DNA of 64,000 nucleotides from assembly GCA_030704615.1 (NCBI GenBank), contig CM060732.1:39618001-39682000 (forward strand), given 5' to 3'. Positions 1 through 14,131 of the stretch are shown piece by piece. This DNA comes from Takakia lepidozioides (taxonomy: Eukaryota; Plantae; Bryophyta). Made by a program: the position numbers and the translations under genes. Numbering within the stretch: the first letter of the stretch is position 1; each line of letters starts with the position of its first letter. The notes below the pieces were generated by a model. That model did no database searches. It was given only the letters and a program-made list of their open reading frames with translations, and was not told the origin of the DNA.

Positions 1-627
1 AAAGGGAGGGGGATGGGAAGAGAAGGAAAATCACAAGTGAGATCAACTTGTTATTGAATCACCAAAGACATCCTAAAATGGATGCTCATGGCTTCTTGCA
101 TCATTGGCTAATCAACTCAGTGAATGCAACACCACCTTCATTTTTATGGTGGAAGAAGATAGCTGTCACAAATATGACCAATAACTATACTAGATCATCA
201 CATTTTCCCCTCTCCAGACTTTCCATTCTGACACTGACACATAATGCCCTGCTGCTCAGCTTGTGGAAAATTCCAGCTCAATGCACTCACCTTGTCATCC
301 AAAACTTCTCCATCGGGATATCATTCAAAGCCTCGCCTACCCTAACCCCACTTCAGTGAGAGAGGGTACGTGCCTGCCGTAAATGAATGACCATGGTGGA
401 ATGACACATCACTCCATCCATGGACCTTGCTCAAGCACACCAGCATACAGATTGGGCTCACCAAGCTAGAACCGAGCACTTAGTCTGAGGTAGCACTGGC
501 ACTCCTCTAATTCACTCGAGCCTAGTCTGGTCACCAACACGACTATTTCATAGTACAAGCGGTGCACCCAATCAGGAACAGCCGTGAAACCCAGTGACGG
601 CTTACGGGGCCTGCTGAAAGACCTCTC

Positions 628-3600
628 TCAGAACCGAAAATCAGGTTCCACATCCATAGCCCACGCAAACTTTGCAAGTAGAGACTTGTTAAATATCTGC
701 ACAAATGAATGGAGACACCTGTTATTTCAACCGTCTAGCAGAAACTCCACTTTTCAACTGCATGAAACTGGAGACCTCAAGGTCAGAGAAGAGGGCATCA
801 TTTGCAGACGACTCGAGAAGAACTAAAGCCCAAAGGTTCAAAGAGAACACTCGTTGAGAAAAAGCAGACTATTTAGCTTGAATGATCGAGTTCTTTTAAT
901 CTTGTTTCTCTTATTCAGAGAAGCAAAGCAGCAAAGCCCCCATTTTCACTGACCCCATTGCAACACCCAGGAGATATCCAACCATGAGCCCTTTTCAAAC
1001 AGAGGCACACTACAGAGAAAGAAGGACCACACACCTTTTCAATAGGCACCTCATGCTGTTTGCACCAGGCAACAGTGATTCGGGGATCCATGTAATTGAT
1101 TTTCGAAGTGCCCAGTGCCACTGTCTTGAGATCATCCTTGATACTCATGTCCAACCTCATCTTCTCTGCCCTTTGCCTCGCAGAAACTAGCCTCTTCTCC
1201 AGACTGCGAATCCCATCCATGCCCCACTGTTCTCAGCCCTCCATTGCCCCACCTCCCAGCAAATATCCATCTAGAACTCCAAATCTAAAAGGTTAAACAA
1301 AACAAAGAGACCACATTAAGGCAAAATAGAAGCTCTCAAGAAGACTCTCACAAACACATTAGCCATTTCTTGAACAGCAGTTACTAGCTGTTAAGAATTG
1401 CCATTAAAACATCACAAACAAAAATACAGAAAGAGCACAGGAGATTTATGCACAACAAGCAAAACAATAAAGAACCCAATGAATGAAAAGAAGAGAAGAA
1501 AGAATGAAAGAAGCATTAAAAAGAGACATAAAGAGGGAAAAACCTCCATAACTGCAACACACACTGATCTGATTGCAACATGCACATACTGCACACCACA
1601 TGGCAGACAACTTGACTTGGCACACCTACTTGGGCAAGTAACTGCAAAAAGGCTGGACATAATTCCAACTCCAGTCATCGGTGGAAAAAGGTGAAAGATG
1701 GGTGAGTAACTAATGAAACAAAATGACAACACCCTTGGCACTCGAAGATAGAAGTTCTTACGTTTCAGGGGCAAAAGTCTTCTTCACCTTCCCTTCCGAA
1801 TCCTTCAAAGGAGGTTTGCCTTTCTTTGCTCTCTCCAGATCTGTCTCCAGCTCCTCCACGAGTGCCTGAAGGTAGTTCAAGTTAACCTCGACATCTCAAT
1901 ACCACCAGTAAGGCCCATTCGTAAAGGACAACTCAGAGATCTTCCTGCTTTGCAAGAACTTGAAATGCTCGATAAACCTTGAAGATGCTTGAAGGTGGGA
2001 CATTACAGCTCACCTTAGCAGCAGAGCACTCAACAGTCTCACTGGAAGTTGAACTGCACTCAAGTGCGCCTATCACTAGACATTCCTATTCCCAGGCTTC
2101 TGAATTCAAATATGTGTTTTGACCCTAATCCCCATTGTCGGATGAACCTGTACCACTTTGAGTGCTTGATAACAGCATAATTACCGTACACAGCTACAGG
2201 GCAAATTTGATGCCAGGAATTACATCTGCCTATCTGGCTACCAGCTCTGCTGACAGACTTTCTGCAATCTGTGTTTCACAAACATCTGTGGACAGCTCTA
2301 TGCGATTGAATCTTTGGAACAAAGTTAAACCTGCATTTCTGTCAGCTTGCCTTCCAGCCTTTCCATCTGAGCACTATGTGTCTTTGAGACAGACCGTTGA
2401 TGGTTACACAATATGGCCACCTGCAACAAACAACGTGAGCTAGTCACCACCCTCCCCTCTGTTCCAAGCATTCAGTTGAGACTCCACATGTATCAACCTC
2501 TCTCTACCTGCCAATTGTAGTCATGTAAGACTTGAGTAAAAACTAAAAACTCTTCACCATTTAGAATACTAGCTCGAATTGTTGAACTGATCTCAAAGGC
2601 CTCAACTGTTCCTGTACACAGCTCCCCTTTCTCTCTCTGTCTTTGGTTGAGGGGCACTACTATAATAAGGGGTTTCTCTTTCCATGCCTAGGGGAACTTT
2701 AAAATCCTTCCCCACTTGTTTGAAACCCCAAAAATCAACTGAACTACATTTCTCTTCCACGCGACAGGCATGCACTCAGTATACAAATACTTGTTCAGAT
2801 CATCTCCATTCACAATATGAGAAGATCAAACCTCCTTGTTCGCACGTTGGTAATCTGCTATCTTCTCCGGCGAGATATCCCCAGTAGTGCTTTGCAACTG
2901 TCCATCCTCAACAGCCACCACCCAAATATCCAGTAAGCTGCTTCCAGCTTGATCCACTCATCCCTAAGGTGGCTACCAGCCAGGAGATGTCCCTTCAATC
3001 TATCTAAAATCCTTGACCTTTCCCCCTATTGCTATGCACATTACCACAAAGCATCCAACAGATGCCCAGTGGTTAGAATTCAAGGCCACCTTACGAGCAC
3101 AAGAGGTCATGGGTTTGAAGTCACATAGGTGTATGTTGGATGTCACCCATGCCAACCAAGCTATACAAGGTGTGTCGCTGGGTCAACTGGCCACCTCATG
3201 TGTGGGTACTTGAGGACTTTCGAGTCCTTGGGGGAGGTTTGGGCGACCGTGTTGCCCTGGTTACAGTCATTAGAATGTGTCCACCTTCCAAACAGAAGAC
3301 AGGAGCCCTTCGGGGTGAAGTGCTTCAGCAGGAGTTAACCTATTTTCTTTTCTTTTCTTTTCATTTATATTTTGCTATGCACATCCACCCCAGCAGTAAA
3401 ATCACATCGGCATCATTCTATCTGCAGCCACACTCCTCTACCTGAATCGGTTCACAGAAACCCAAGCAAACGGTCACTGCTGGACATCCACATCAACTTG
3501 CCAAGGAGGGCCTCTGAGGGGCTCTGAAAACAGTGATTTCAGCTTGCTAACAGGCATGCAACTGGAGTGAGCAGAAGAACCAAAAGATACATTTTCAGAA

Positions 3601-6600
3601 CCCAACTGGAGACGATGAGGCAAGCACATATACTCATCAAATCAGGCCCTTCAACTCTGAACAAACTAGGTCAAAAGGCTTTGTAGAAGTAAGCAATAAA
3701 CTTATATGTGAATTGTATAACTGCAGAATAAATTTCCAATCCACATGCCAGATATTTAAGAGGGTTTTACAGGTAAGATGGATTGAAGGTCCTTTGTGAT
3801 TGATGCTTGTGGATTGAAGGTCCTCTGTAACTACTGCTTGTGGATTTTGAATACAGACATCTTGTGTCAACGACCATGCCCTTGGGTAACAAAGTCATAC
3901 CAAAGTGTAGCAAGAAAAGGAAAGAGGTCCTACCAGGTTGTCAAGGGTGATGGAGGCATTGTAAGTACGGAAAACCTTAGCCGTCAGGCCAGGCATAATC
4001 CCCTTGAGGTGCAAATTCAGCTTAGTTGTGTCGAGCATCTCAAAAAGATCGTCAGGACCCTTCTTGCCTGTGCCTCCATACCATGCCATCAGCCACCACC
4101 TACTACTAGACCAAGTGAGCCTTTGAATGGAGATGTGGAGTTGCCACCAAAATTGTTACCCCACTAAAAGCATGAAGGCAAGAAGTTCAAAAATGAAAGA
4201 ACAAGGGATAACCTTTTCGAAATTGGCCTATCGCCTTGTAAACTCGTTCATCAACCTCCACCGTGTTGAAATATCTGATGGAGTCCTTTCCTAGAAAATC
4301 AAACTGCACTTTGCAGTGCCAAGTACCTAAAATTAGTGACAAACTGCAATGCAATCCAAGTCACAACTGGACATCCAAGCTACAACTTAAAAGAAATTAT
4401 CAATAACCAGCAAAACAATAGGACCAGTATGTGACATTTTGGAGCAAATCTTCTTGACTATGGCCCCAATAAACGGCCAAGACCGGAATGAAGCTTTATA
4501 CCGACTCTCATTTGAAATATTTCACACGGATCACCAGCAAAGATGGTAGAGGTACCTGGAGGGAATTGGGAGGGACAAGAGTGACATGTTCCACTTTGAG
4601 TGAGCAACAACCCACTGTTTCTGCTTCATCCTCATCCTATCACAATTACAACAAACCTGTTACCTTAAGATAGATTGTACTCATAAGACGTTGTTTGCCG
4701 TAGCCTTGTGGCCATTGACCCCGCGCCCAGTTTGAGCAGGAACAAAAGGGACAGAACCTACCTCTGTCAGGGGCTGACGTTGGTAGTGTGACTTACCATC
4801 ATATATAGAATTAATCCGGGTTTTCCAGATATCCTCTAGAAATCCCTTCACACAAGCATCAATCTGCTGTGTGTGATTTGCCCAAAAACTAGGCCTCAGG
4901 AGGGCCTGGGCTTTTGGTTCAGCCTCGAGACTTTCAAAGTTGTTAAACAGGGGTACAGGCAATTGCACTCTCCCTTTCCTCTCTGCTTCTGTTTGCTCTT
5001 CAAAGGTAGGCTTCCTGCCCTGAGTTTAAATTTCAGTCTAGTGCCGAGAGTGGGTAGACCCTTGAGGTCATCCAAGATGTCCTCCCCCATGTCACTGACT
5101 GGAAACAAGTTCAGGGAAGTTTTCTGCCTAACTTCATTTTCATCAGACAATCTCATGGCAACAGACATGGCTGAGGACACTACAGCCTCTAAGTCAGATT
5201 TATCCAGCAGGGTCAAGACTTGCGGATCCAGGTCCAGGTCCTTGAGAATCTCTTCTACTCTCTTCTGCCAGGACTTAGCCTGTTTGACAGGGCAGTCCTG
5301 TTTCCAAGATATAGAGTCGATTAACTTAGGATATCTGGTGTTGGGCATATGTTGCAGCTGACCCCACCATCTGACCTTGAATTCATCTCATTAGATAGAG
5401 ACCTTGCACAAGAGCAAGCCTGCAAGGACCCCAAACAGAATGCATGTTTTATTTGCTTCACCACTTGTCAGCATCCACTATTTTGATAGCCAACAACTAA
5501 TGGCCGAGCTTCATAGCCACTTTCCAGGAGGGAGAGAGAAACACAGAACAGGAACTAGAGCTACCTTTTCATTGCCAGCACGAAGCGCAAGGCGATCAAT
5601 GAGATAGGTGGCAACAGCAATTTGCCTCCTGGTGGGATCTGATGCTGCAAAGTCCTTAGTGTACGTTCTGCGAATCTTTTCAATGTGATCCTGCCCATCC
5701 ACCATCCCAATTTTTTCTTGCACAATAAGAGTCGACTCTCCTGCCCCACGTTTCAAGGTGCATGCAATAGTATAGCATGGAAAGCCTTAGCCGAATGATG
5801 TCTCCCTCTGTCACTTCTCTCAGACATATCAAGGCTACTACACCAGATCCCGTCAGAACTCTGAAGTTAAGCGCCTTTGGGCTGGAATAGTGCTGGGATG
5901 GGTCACAAGATAAACCCTGGTGGGTGCGAACCCCACAAAAGGCTCTGGGTGGGTTAGTTTCCCACCGGGTCAATGGCCGTAAGGCTATAGCAAGCCAACA
6001 TTTGCAGGGAACGGGATGAGTACATTCTCCCTCAATCCTGAAATACAATTTTTTTTCTTTCCTTCTTTCTTTTTTCCGCACCATGTACTGGAAAAAACCA
6101 TTACCTTGAGCATGCGTGCCTTTTCATACTTCTGCATGTCACTTTGACCTTTGAGGGTGCTGCTGGCTGCCAGAAATACATACTTAATATCTTTGCTGTT
6201 GATGGGATCGTTCCAGAATGCTAGCCACGTCACAGTGTTGTCATGCTTTACCTGTTTCCATCTGCTCATCCAACCAAAATTCAGTATCCCCCTCTCGTTT
6301 TCTCTCTATCTTTCTCAGCAAGTACAAGCACTGAAGACTACTAAAGGTGCAGTGGTGACTTCATCGGTTGACATTGTCAAAACCTTTGAAACTCACTACA
6401 GTATCCTTGGCAGAACTTCTAGGTCTAACAGTGAGGGGTCTTCTGCTGAATGGAGGGACACAGTTGGAAAAACTGTTCCTATGATTCAAAACAGCCCTGA
6501 TGAACTGGAGTATATTTCAATGGCTTATAATGCTCCCATTAGTTCTTCTGAGATTGTGGAAGCAATTGAACATTTAAATGGATATAAAGCTGGTGGACCT

Positions 6601-9600
6601 GATGGTATTGTCAACGAGCTTATCAAGCACGGTGGCGATCCCATGATAGAGGCCCTAGTTCTCCTCTTTAACCTTATCTGGAAGACTGAAATGATCCCCT
6701 TTCGCTGGCGACAGGGGGTCATTGTCAATCTATACAAGAAGGGTGACAGAGAAGAACCGGGGAACTACCGTGGCATCACGCTCCTCAATGCTGATGGCAA
6801 GACATTCTGCAGAGTTATAAGTACTCGTCTCGAGGTTGATCTGGAGTCTAGAGGTTGTTTCCACGAAGGCCAAGCTGGCTTTCGGCGAAACAGGGGCTGT
6901 GTGGATCATATCTTCACTCTAAGCCAGATTATCCAGGGAAGGAAAAAAGAAGGGAAACCCACTTATGTCTTTTTCCTGGATGTCAAAAAGGCTTATGACA
7001 CAGTGTGGAGAGATGGCCTATGGTTCCGCCTCTGGTCTTGTGGGATCAAGGGAAAGATGTGGAGAGTTGTCCACAACTTGTATGCTTACACCAAAAGCTG
7101 TGTCACTGTTAACGGACAGAAGTCCAACTTCTTTGACGTAGACCAAGGTGTAGCTCAAGGATGTACTCTCTCCCCTCTGCTCTTCAATGTTTTCATCAAT
7201 CAACTCCTCGAGGATGTGGAAAGTGAGGGATTTGGGTTATGGGTGGGTGATACCACCATACCAGCCCTTATGTTTGCGGATGACTTCGCAGGCATAGGGG
7301 AGACTCCAACCAATCTCCAGGAGTTGATTGATTGCACAAAGAGATACTTTGATCTTTGGGGGCTAGAGGCTAATGTCAGCAAATGTGCAGTGGTAGCATT
7401 CAACGACAGAGGAGAGGGAGGAAGTGATCTTAAGTGGCAGTGGGGTAGTCAAGAGATCCCGGTCCTCCCTTCCTACACTTACCTGGGCGTTGAGTTCTCC
7501 TCCAATTGTAATTGGGATGCACATATCCAAAAAGTTGTTCAAACTGGCAAGGGCAAAGCTCTGGGGCTCACTAAATTTTTCCACTGCAGAGGGGTCAACT
7601 CTGAGGTTAAGAAAACCATGCTTTGTCAAGTTATTAGACCTGCCTTGGAGTACGGATCTGCTATATGGGTTGATAACTCCAACCAGGCCAAGTCTCTAGA
7701 ATCTATTCAAGTGGGGGTGCTTAAGGTGTGTATGTCAGCATGCTCCAAAACAGTCAATGTGGCTGTTCGGGGTGAGTTTGGCATTCCGTCCTTAAGCTCC
7801 CGACGAGATGAATTCAAGGTCAGATGGTGGGGTCAGCTGCAACATATGCCCAACACCAGATATCCTAAGTTAATCGACTCTATATCTTGGAAACAGGACC
7901 GCCCTGTCAAACAGGCTAAGTCCTGGCAGAAGAGAGTAGAAGAGATCCTCAAGGACCTGGACCTGGATCCGCAAGTCTTGACCCTGCTGGATAAATCTGA
8001 CTTAGAGGCTGTAGTGTCCAAAGCCATGTCTGTTGCCATGAGATTGTCTGATGAAAATGAAATTAGGCAGAAAACTTCCCTGAACTTGTTTCCAGTCTGT
8101 GACATGGGGGAGGACATCTTGGATGACCTCAAGGGTCTGCCCACTCTCGGCACTAGACTGAAATTTAAACTCAGGGCAGGAAGCCTACCTTTGAACAGCA
8201 AACAGAAGCAGAGAGGAAAGGGAGAGTGCAATTGCCCGTTGTGTGGGCAATCTGAAGACAGTATTCATTTTCTGATACACTGTCCCGGGTTCTCTCACCA
8301 AAGAGACGCTCTCTTCAAATCTATTAAGGGTATTGTGCCTGTACCCCTGTTTACCAACTTTGAAAGTCTCGAGGCTGAGCCAAAAGCCCAGGCCCTCCTG
8401 AGGCCTAGTTTTTGGGCAAATCACACACAGCAGATTGATGCTTGTGTGAAGGGATTTCTAGAGGATATCTGGAAAACCCGGATTAATTCTATATATGGAG
8501 GTAAGTCTTACTACCAACGTCAGCCCCTGACAGAGGTAGGTTCTGTCCCTTTTGTTCCCGCTCAAACTGGGCGCAGGGTCAATGGCCACAAGGCTACGGC
8601 AAACAACGTCTTAGGAGTACAATCTCTTTATCTTTTCTATCTGGAGTTGTCCATAACTTGTATGCTCACACCAAAAGCTGTGTCACTGTTAAAGGACAGA
8701 AGTCCAACTTCTTTGACATAGACCAAGGTGTAGCTCAAGGATGTACTCTCTCCCCTCTGCTCTTCAATGTTTTCATCAATCAACTCCTCAAGGATGTGGA
8801 GGGATTTGGGTTAACGGTGGGTGATACCACCATACCAGCCCTTATGTTTGCAGATGACTTCGCAGGCATAGGGGAGACTCCTTCCAATCTCCAGGAGTTG
8901 ATTGATTGCACAAAGAGATACTTTGATCTTTGGGGGCTAGAGGCTAACGTCAGCAAATGTGCAGTGGTAGCATTCAACGACAGAGGAGAGGGAGGAAGTG
9001 ATCTCAAGTGGCAGTGGGGTAGCCAAGAGATCCCGGTCCTCCCTTCCTACACTTACCTGGGCGTTGAGTTTTCCTCCAATTGTAATTGGGATGCACATAT
9101 CTGGAAAGTTGTTCAAACTGGAAAGGGCAAAGCTCTGGGTCTCCCTAAATTTTTCCACTGCAGAGGGTCAACTCTGAGGTTAAGAAAACCATGCTTTGTC
9201 GCGTTATTAGACCTGCCTTGGAGCAATATGGGTTGATAACTCCAACCAGGCTAAGTATCCATTCAAGTGGGGGTGCTTAAGGAGTGCATGTCAGCATGCT
9301 CCAAAACAGTCAATGTGGCTGTTCGGGGTGAGTTTCGTATCCCGTCCTTAACCTCCCGGCGAGATGAATTCAAGGTCAGATGGTGGGGTCAGCTGCAACA
9401 TATGTCCAACACCCGATATCCTAAGTTAATCGACTCTATATCTTGGAAACAGGACCGCCCTGTCAAACAGGCTAAGTCCTGGCAGAAGAGAGTAGAAGAG
9501 ATTCTCAAGGACCTGGATCTGGATCCTCAAGTCTTGACCCTGCTGGATAAATCTGACTTAGAGGCTGTAGTGTCCAAAGCCATGTCTGTTGCCATGAAAT

Positions 9601-12600
9601 TGTCTGATGAAAATGAAATTAGGCAGAAAACTTCCCTGAACTTGTTTCCAGTCTGTGACATGGGGGAGGACATCTTGGATGACCTCAAGGATCTACCCAC
9701 TCTCGGAACTAGACTGAAATTTAAACTCAGGGCAGGAAGCCTACCTTTGAACAGCAAACAGAAGCAGAGAGGAAAGGGAGACTGCAATTGCCCGTTGTGT
9801 GGGAAACCTGAAGACAATATTCATTTTCTGATTCACCGTCCGGGGTTCTCTCACCAAAGAGACACTCTCCTCAAATCTATCAAGGAAATTGTGCCTGTAC
9901 CTCTGTTTACTAACTTTGAAAGTCTCGAGGCTGAGCCAAAAGCCCAGGCCCTTCTGAGGCCTAGTTTTTGGGCAAATCACACACAGCAGATTGATGCTTG
10001 TGTGAAGGGATTTCTAGAGGATAACTGGAAAACCCGGATCAATTTTTTGTATCAAGGTAAGTCTTACTACCAACGTCAGCCCCTGACAGAGGTAGGTTCT
10101 GTCCCTTTATGTTCCGCTCAAACTGGGCGCGGGGTCAATGGCCACAAGGCTATGGCAAACAACGTCTTATTCTATTATGATTCTTTCACCTACAAAATAC
10201 CAACAGGGATCACTTAACATGCAAATGTATCTTGGTGAAGAAACAGAAAAGCAGAGATACTCAACCATACTTACCACCACTTAGTGACCTTCTGCCTTTG
10301 CAGTTCCTACAGAAGCACTGCAAGGTCAAGAGAATAACAAAACAGATAATGTGGACATGGTGAATGTAAACGAGCCCACTGCTTCTGCAAAACGGGAGTA
10401 ATAACTAACACAACAAACACACTTGTGCGTGTAACTTGATCAATTGATGGCCTTGACAATGGGGAGGACCCGGGGAAAAGGAACACACCTGTGGCCAGGC
10501 ATAGGGCATTCTGGAACAGGTGCCTCTTTGCCAATGTTTATAACAATATCCTCAGGATAAATCCTTGCCTTCAGTTTTCCCATCTACAAAACAACCAAAC
10601 GACAGGCACAGGGCACAAAAAAACACAAGCCGCAGTTAGGCAGCATTTACCCAGAATTTGTCAACAATGATTAGGATGTTACGTGTTATAATGCTTACAG
10701 ACCTAGTGTGTGCAAGAAACTCATAACAAATCTCACCTACCCTCCAAACAATTTCTCCACATGCATGTGAAACTGCAAACCGCATGGTAAACAACATGTT
10801 ACCTTGGAAGCTCTATTGAAGACTTGCATCCACAAGCTTGTTGAGACCCCAATTTATCAACTTTAATTAGACTGCAAGCTACTCAGAAGCATTCTTCAAT
10901 CACACTAGAGAATACACTAGCAACTGACAAAATCATCTCAATTTCCAATTAGCACATGCAGCCACTAATATGTGCACCATCAGGACACAACCACACACCT
11001 CTCAACGCTTGCAGACATGGAGGCATTCAAGCCACTGATAAAACTCATAGAAAGGGCAGTTTCTTGGCACAATTCTATGGCCAGATTTAGGGACTGCCCC
11101 AGAAATATTTAAGTTACAGTTGAGTGAGACAGCAGACCTTTGGATGATCACCACGCCCACGAAACAGACCTGGAGGTTCCACCCTAAAGTTACCAACCTG
11201 TGAAGGCCAAGGAACATTAGAATTACAAAGCCGATTCCTGATGCATCATTACAAAAATAACCACACTTAGCATCCATTTCAACTAAGGAGTAGTACATCC
11301 TCGATGTGAACAGGAATTGGATGCCCAGGTCTTCAAAATGCTTGCACATCCACAACCATCAAATAGTGGAAACCACATCTGTCAAAAGAAGAGCCTCAAA
11401 AATGGAGTTCCTAAATGAAGGGAAAAAATAGAGTTGATGGCAAACAGGTCAAACAGGTTTTTGCATGAGAGTCACAGCCCACACGAAGGCTTCATAGAAG
11501 ATGACAATTAGGAGCGTCAATACTTACTTTTTCCTTCACACCATCAACAAGTGCCCACATGTATCTCTCTTCAACTTTTAGTTTCTCCTCTCTCAACCTT
11601 TTCTTCTCCTGCAATAAGCATACATATATTGCAATTTAGAATTTCCAAGAAACAGAGGTGAGCGCCAAATTATGTCCAAGAGGACCTTTGATTGCAATAT
11701 GCACAACCACCTTAACAACCATCAGACAAAACAGTTCAAAATGATGGTCACCGTTCAACGCCTAACTCCCAGGTTCAGATAGGATATATAGCTCAAATCC
11801 ATCTCAGAGCCTGGCCATTCGTATCTGACGTAAGAATGTACTCATAAGACGTTGTTTGCCGTAGCCTTGTGGCCATTGACGTAAGAATCAGTCTGCAAGA
11901 CCTTCTTCATAGCCCAGTCACTCCTCCAGCTATACCTGACTACGATCTTCTGCAACTGTCTTCATTACCCATCAGCAAGGTGATACAGCATGAACTCAGG
12001 TGCTCACCTCTGCAGTCATGCTCTTCTTCTTCTCCTTCTCTCGTTGGAACCAGTCATAAATGGGAGTAAAATCACAGAGGTCAAGCTTCTTGATCACATG
12101 TTTCGACCCTAGGATTGGCTTCCAATCATTCCAAAAGTTGGAAATAAATGTCTTCTTTGTTGCATATTCTGAATCCTTCATAACCGCAAACATGGTTGCC
12201 ACCTGTATCATCCACTCCCCATTTACTAAAAATTGCTTCTATCGGATATCTTTCGCAAGCTCCCTTCCACTCTCTTGCTCTCCCATTTTACAAACAACAT
12301 ACACATAAACAGGCCTAAGGAAATCAGTAAGCCAGACCACGTTAAATGGTTACCTCCTCTTGTTCAGGGGTAAGGGACACAGGTTTGCCGTCATATAGCA
12401 TCTTGATACCATGGGGCTCGTATGGAGGTGGAAAGATGACGCCACTATGTTCCAAAGTTTGCCACTTTTGTTCCTCACCACTTCCTGGCTCCTTTAGAGT
12501 CTTCGTGGTTCTTGTAACCTTCATCACCTTCTTTTTCTTCACCAGCTTCTTCACTTGCAATGTCTTTGCTTTGCGTTGTTCCAAAAACTTTTTAGCGTTA

Positions 12601-14131
12601 TTCGCTGTGGCCCCTGAGCTGGAGGATGATTTTGCTTTTTGCTGCACTGTGACAGTTTTCTTGACGCCAAGTCCTGTGGAGGGTATCCGCTGGAGAAGAG
12701 GAACGTCATCTTCGGCATCATCATCATCAGAATCCACTTCCTTGGGCTCGGACTTGACGGCTGATGACGTTGTCACCTTCAGCCCAAAGGTGCGTGGTAG
12801 AAAGAGGCTTTAGCATGCGCAACAGATGTAGGGATCTCACGAACGAATCCTTGTTTACACTAGTTTGACTTCTGCAACCTGAAAGCCTTCAACAGGGTAT
12901 GTAGTGGGGGGGACAATCGAAAGTCCTGGTCATGCTGGTTGTACTGCAGTTCCTAGTCTATTGTAGACTTTGCTAGACCAAGTAATCCGGGTGAGCCTCA
13001 ACATAATCATGTAGAACAATTTGACCCCCAAAAAAAGTCGGGCTATACCATATTGACACTTCCTCAAGAGAACTAAGATTCCAGGTCACATGGCAACACT
13101 TACCTTCAGCTTTTTTTCCGGTGGCGCAGTTGAGGTGGAAGCTTTGGCCTCGGCCACTCGCTTTTTACTCCCACTTTCGACCTTCACAACAGTCTTCAGC
13201 ACAACCTCTTTTCGCACATAGGTTTTCATTGGTTTACGCTCTGCCAGCGGCTTATCATCATCTGAGTCATCATCTGCTGGCGCTGGCACTGGAGCTACCT
13301 TCAGTTGGGCTCGATATGCCAGTGGTTTGTCATCATCTGAATCATCACTCGGGTCAATAGGTTTTGCAGTCATCACCTTCAGTGCATTGTTCCCTTGTGC
13401 CAAAGCTGTTGCATCTTCAACAGCTTCTTTGGCAGGTTTGGTTTGGAGAGCTTCTTTTGTGGGTTTTGATTTTGTCGAGTTTGGATAGCGACTAGCCAGA
13501 GGCATGTTGTCGTCTGAATAGTCATCATTGGCCAGCATTTGTGAAGCAGCTGCAGGTTTAGATTTTCCTGCATCTGAAATACTGGCTTTTGCAGCAGAAA
13601 CGCCAGGTTTCTGTGATGATGAGGGAGGAGTTGACCTTGCCATTGTCTTAGACTTGAGAGGCAGATTGGACTTTGATATAGAACCTGAGGGATGGTTAGC
13701 AGCTTGTTTTGATTGTGATGAATTGTTGAGATTCATAGAGGCAGAGGTTGAGGGCCGCGAAACAGTCTTGACTAAAGGCTTAGACTCGGGTTTTGTCCCA
13801 GCGCTTTTGCCTGTGGAAGCTAGCAGCCCTTTGTCATCCTGGACAGACCTGGCACCAACACTGCTTGATCTCTTAACTGTTTCAGGAGTAGAAATTCTGG
13901 CAGGTTTCACGGTGGAGGCCAAGGAGGGCCGCTTGAGGGTGGTGTCAGCATCGTTGACCACCTTCTGTTTGAATGGGGTAGCTTCACGCCGCTTGAAGAC
14001 GATTGGCTTGTTATCCTCATCATCGTCATCCTCATTAACAGATACGGGGTGCACTATAGTGCTCGTTTTGCCATTCTGTGCATCATGCCCATCCTTCAAC
14101 TTCTGCCGCTTGGCTGCGACCACCTCCTCAT
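628..14131 (-). CDS. TOP1: DNA topoisomerase I (type IB), multi-exon; 5'-most exon(s) not resolved
   Basis: GT-AG exons in consistent phase: 14131-13104, 12776-12354, 12202-12008, 11608-11528, 11197-11138, 10583-10489, 6261-6105, 5690-5565, 4636-4556, 4303-4213, 4067-3934, 2897-2832, 2420-2331, 1865-1762, 1203-1035, 696-628 (TGA). Motifs [53 protein letters not shown], catalytic SKINYMDPR and C-terminal KFAWAM. The N-terminus has the DDDKPL-type repeats of plant TOP1. Confidence 0.97.
3275..3322 (+). repeat. Degenerate copy of the structured LINE/SINE 3' motif seen at 16.9, 50.1 and 50.8 kb
   Basis: ttccaaacagaagacaggagcccttcggggtgaag versus 50764 ttccaaacaaaaggcagtaacccttcggggtgaag. Confidence 0.6.
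4671..5389 (-). mobile_element. 5'-truncated LINE (3' part of ORF2), same family as 6.3-10.2 kb, with a 103-bp internal deletion
   Basis: Near-identical to about 7805-8625 in reverse; ends in ...AACAACGTCTTATGAGTACAATCTATCT. Deletion at TGCC microhomology removes the CPLC...H...C finger. Confidence 0.93.
5905..5995 (+). repeat. Hairpin-rich element ending in a diverged copy of the LINE 3' tail (SINE-like or old LINE end)
   Basis: gggtcaatggccgtaaggctatagcaa (5967-5993) versus LINE end gggtcaatggccacaaggctacggcaa; preceded by hairpins gggt-GCGA-accc and ggtggg-N7-cccacc. Confidence 0.45.
6318..8630 (+). mobile_element. 5'-truncated non-LTR retrotransposon (LINE, RTE/RTE-X-like) with intact RT and C-terminal CCHC finger, in a TOP1 intron
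   Basis: [56 protein letters not shown]...HFLIHC. No APE domain, so 5'-truncated. Clade assignment is inference. Confidence 0.93.
8643..10170 (+). mobile_element. Second, tandem, shorter and frameshifted copy of the same LINE
   Basis: Restarts at sequence homologous to about 7064 and runs to the same 3' end (AACAACGTCTTA); ORFs 8658-9236 and 9267-10217. Confidence 0.93.
11838..11876 (-). mobile_element. About 40-nt ultra-truncated insertion of the same LINE 3' end with a 12-bp TSD
   Basis: TGACGTAAGAAT at 11826-11837 and 11877-11888 flank gtactcataagacgttgtttgccgtagccttgtggccat, identical to 4678-4716. Confidence 0.9.

Noticed and set aside
6151-8721. 856-aa ORF as a single full-length protein
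   Set aside because: The N-terminus is the antisense of a TOP1 exon and intron and the C-terminus runs into the next LINE copy; only about 6318-8610 is LINE ORF2.
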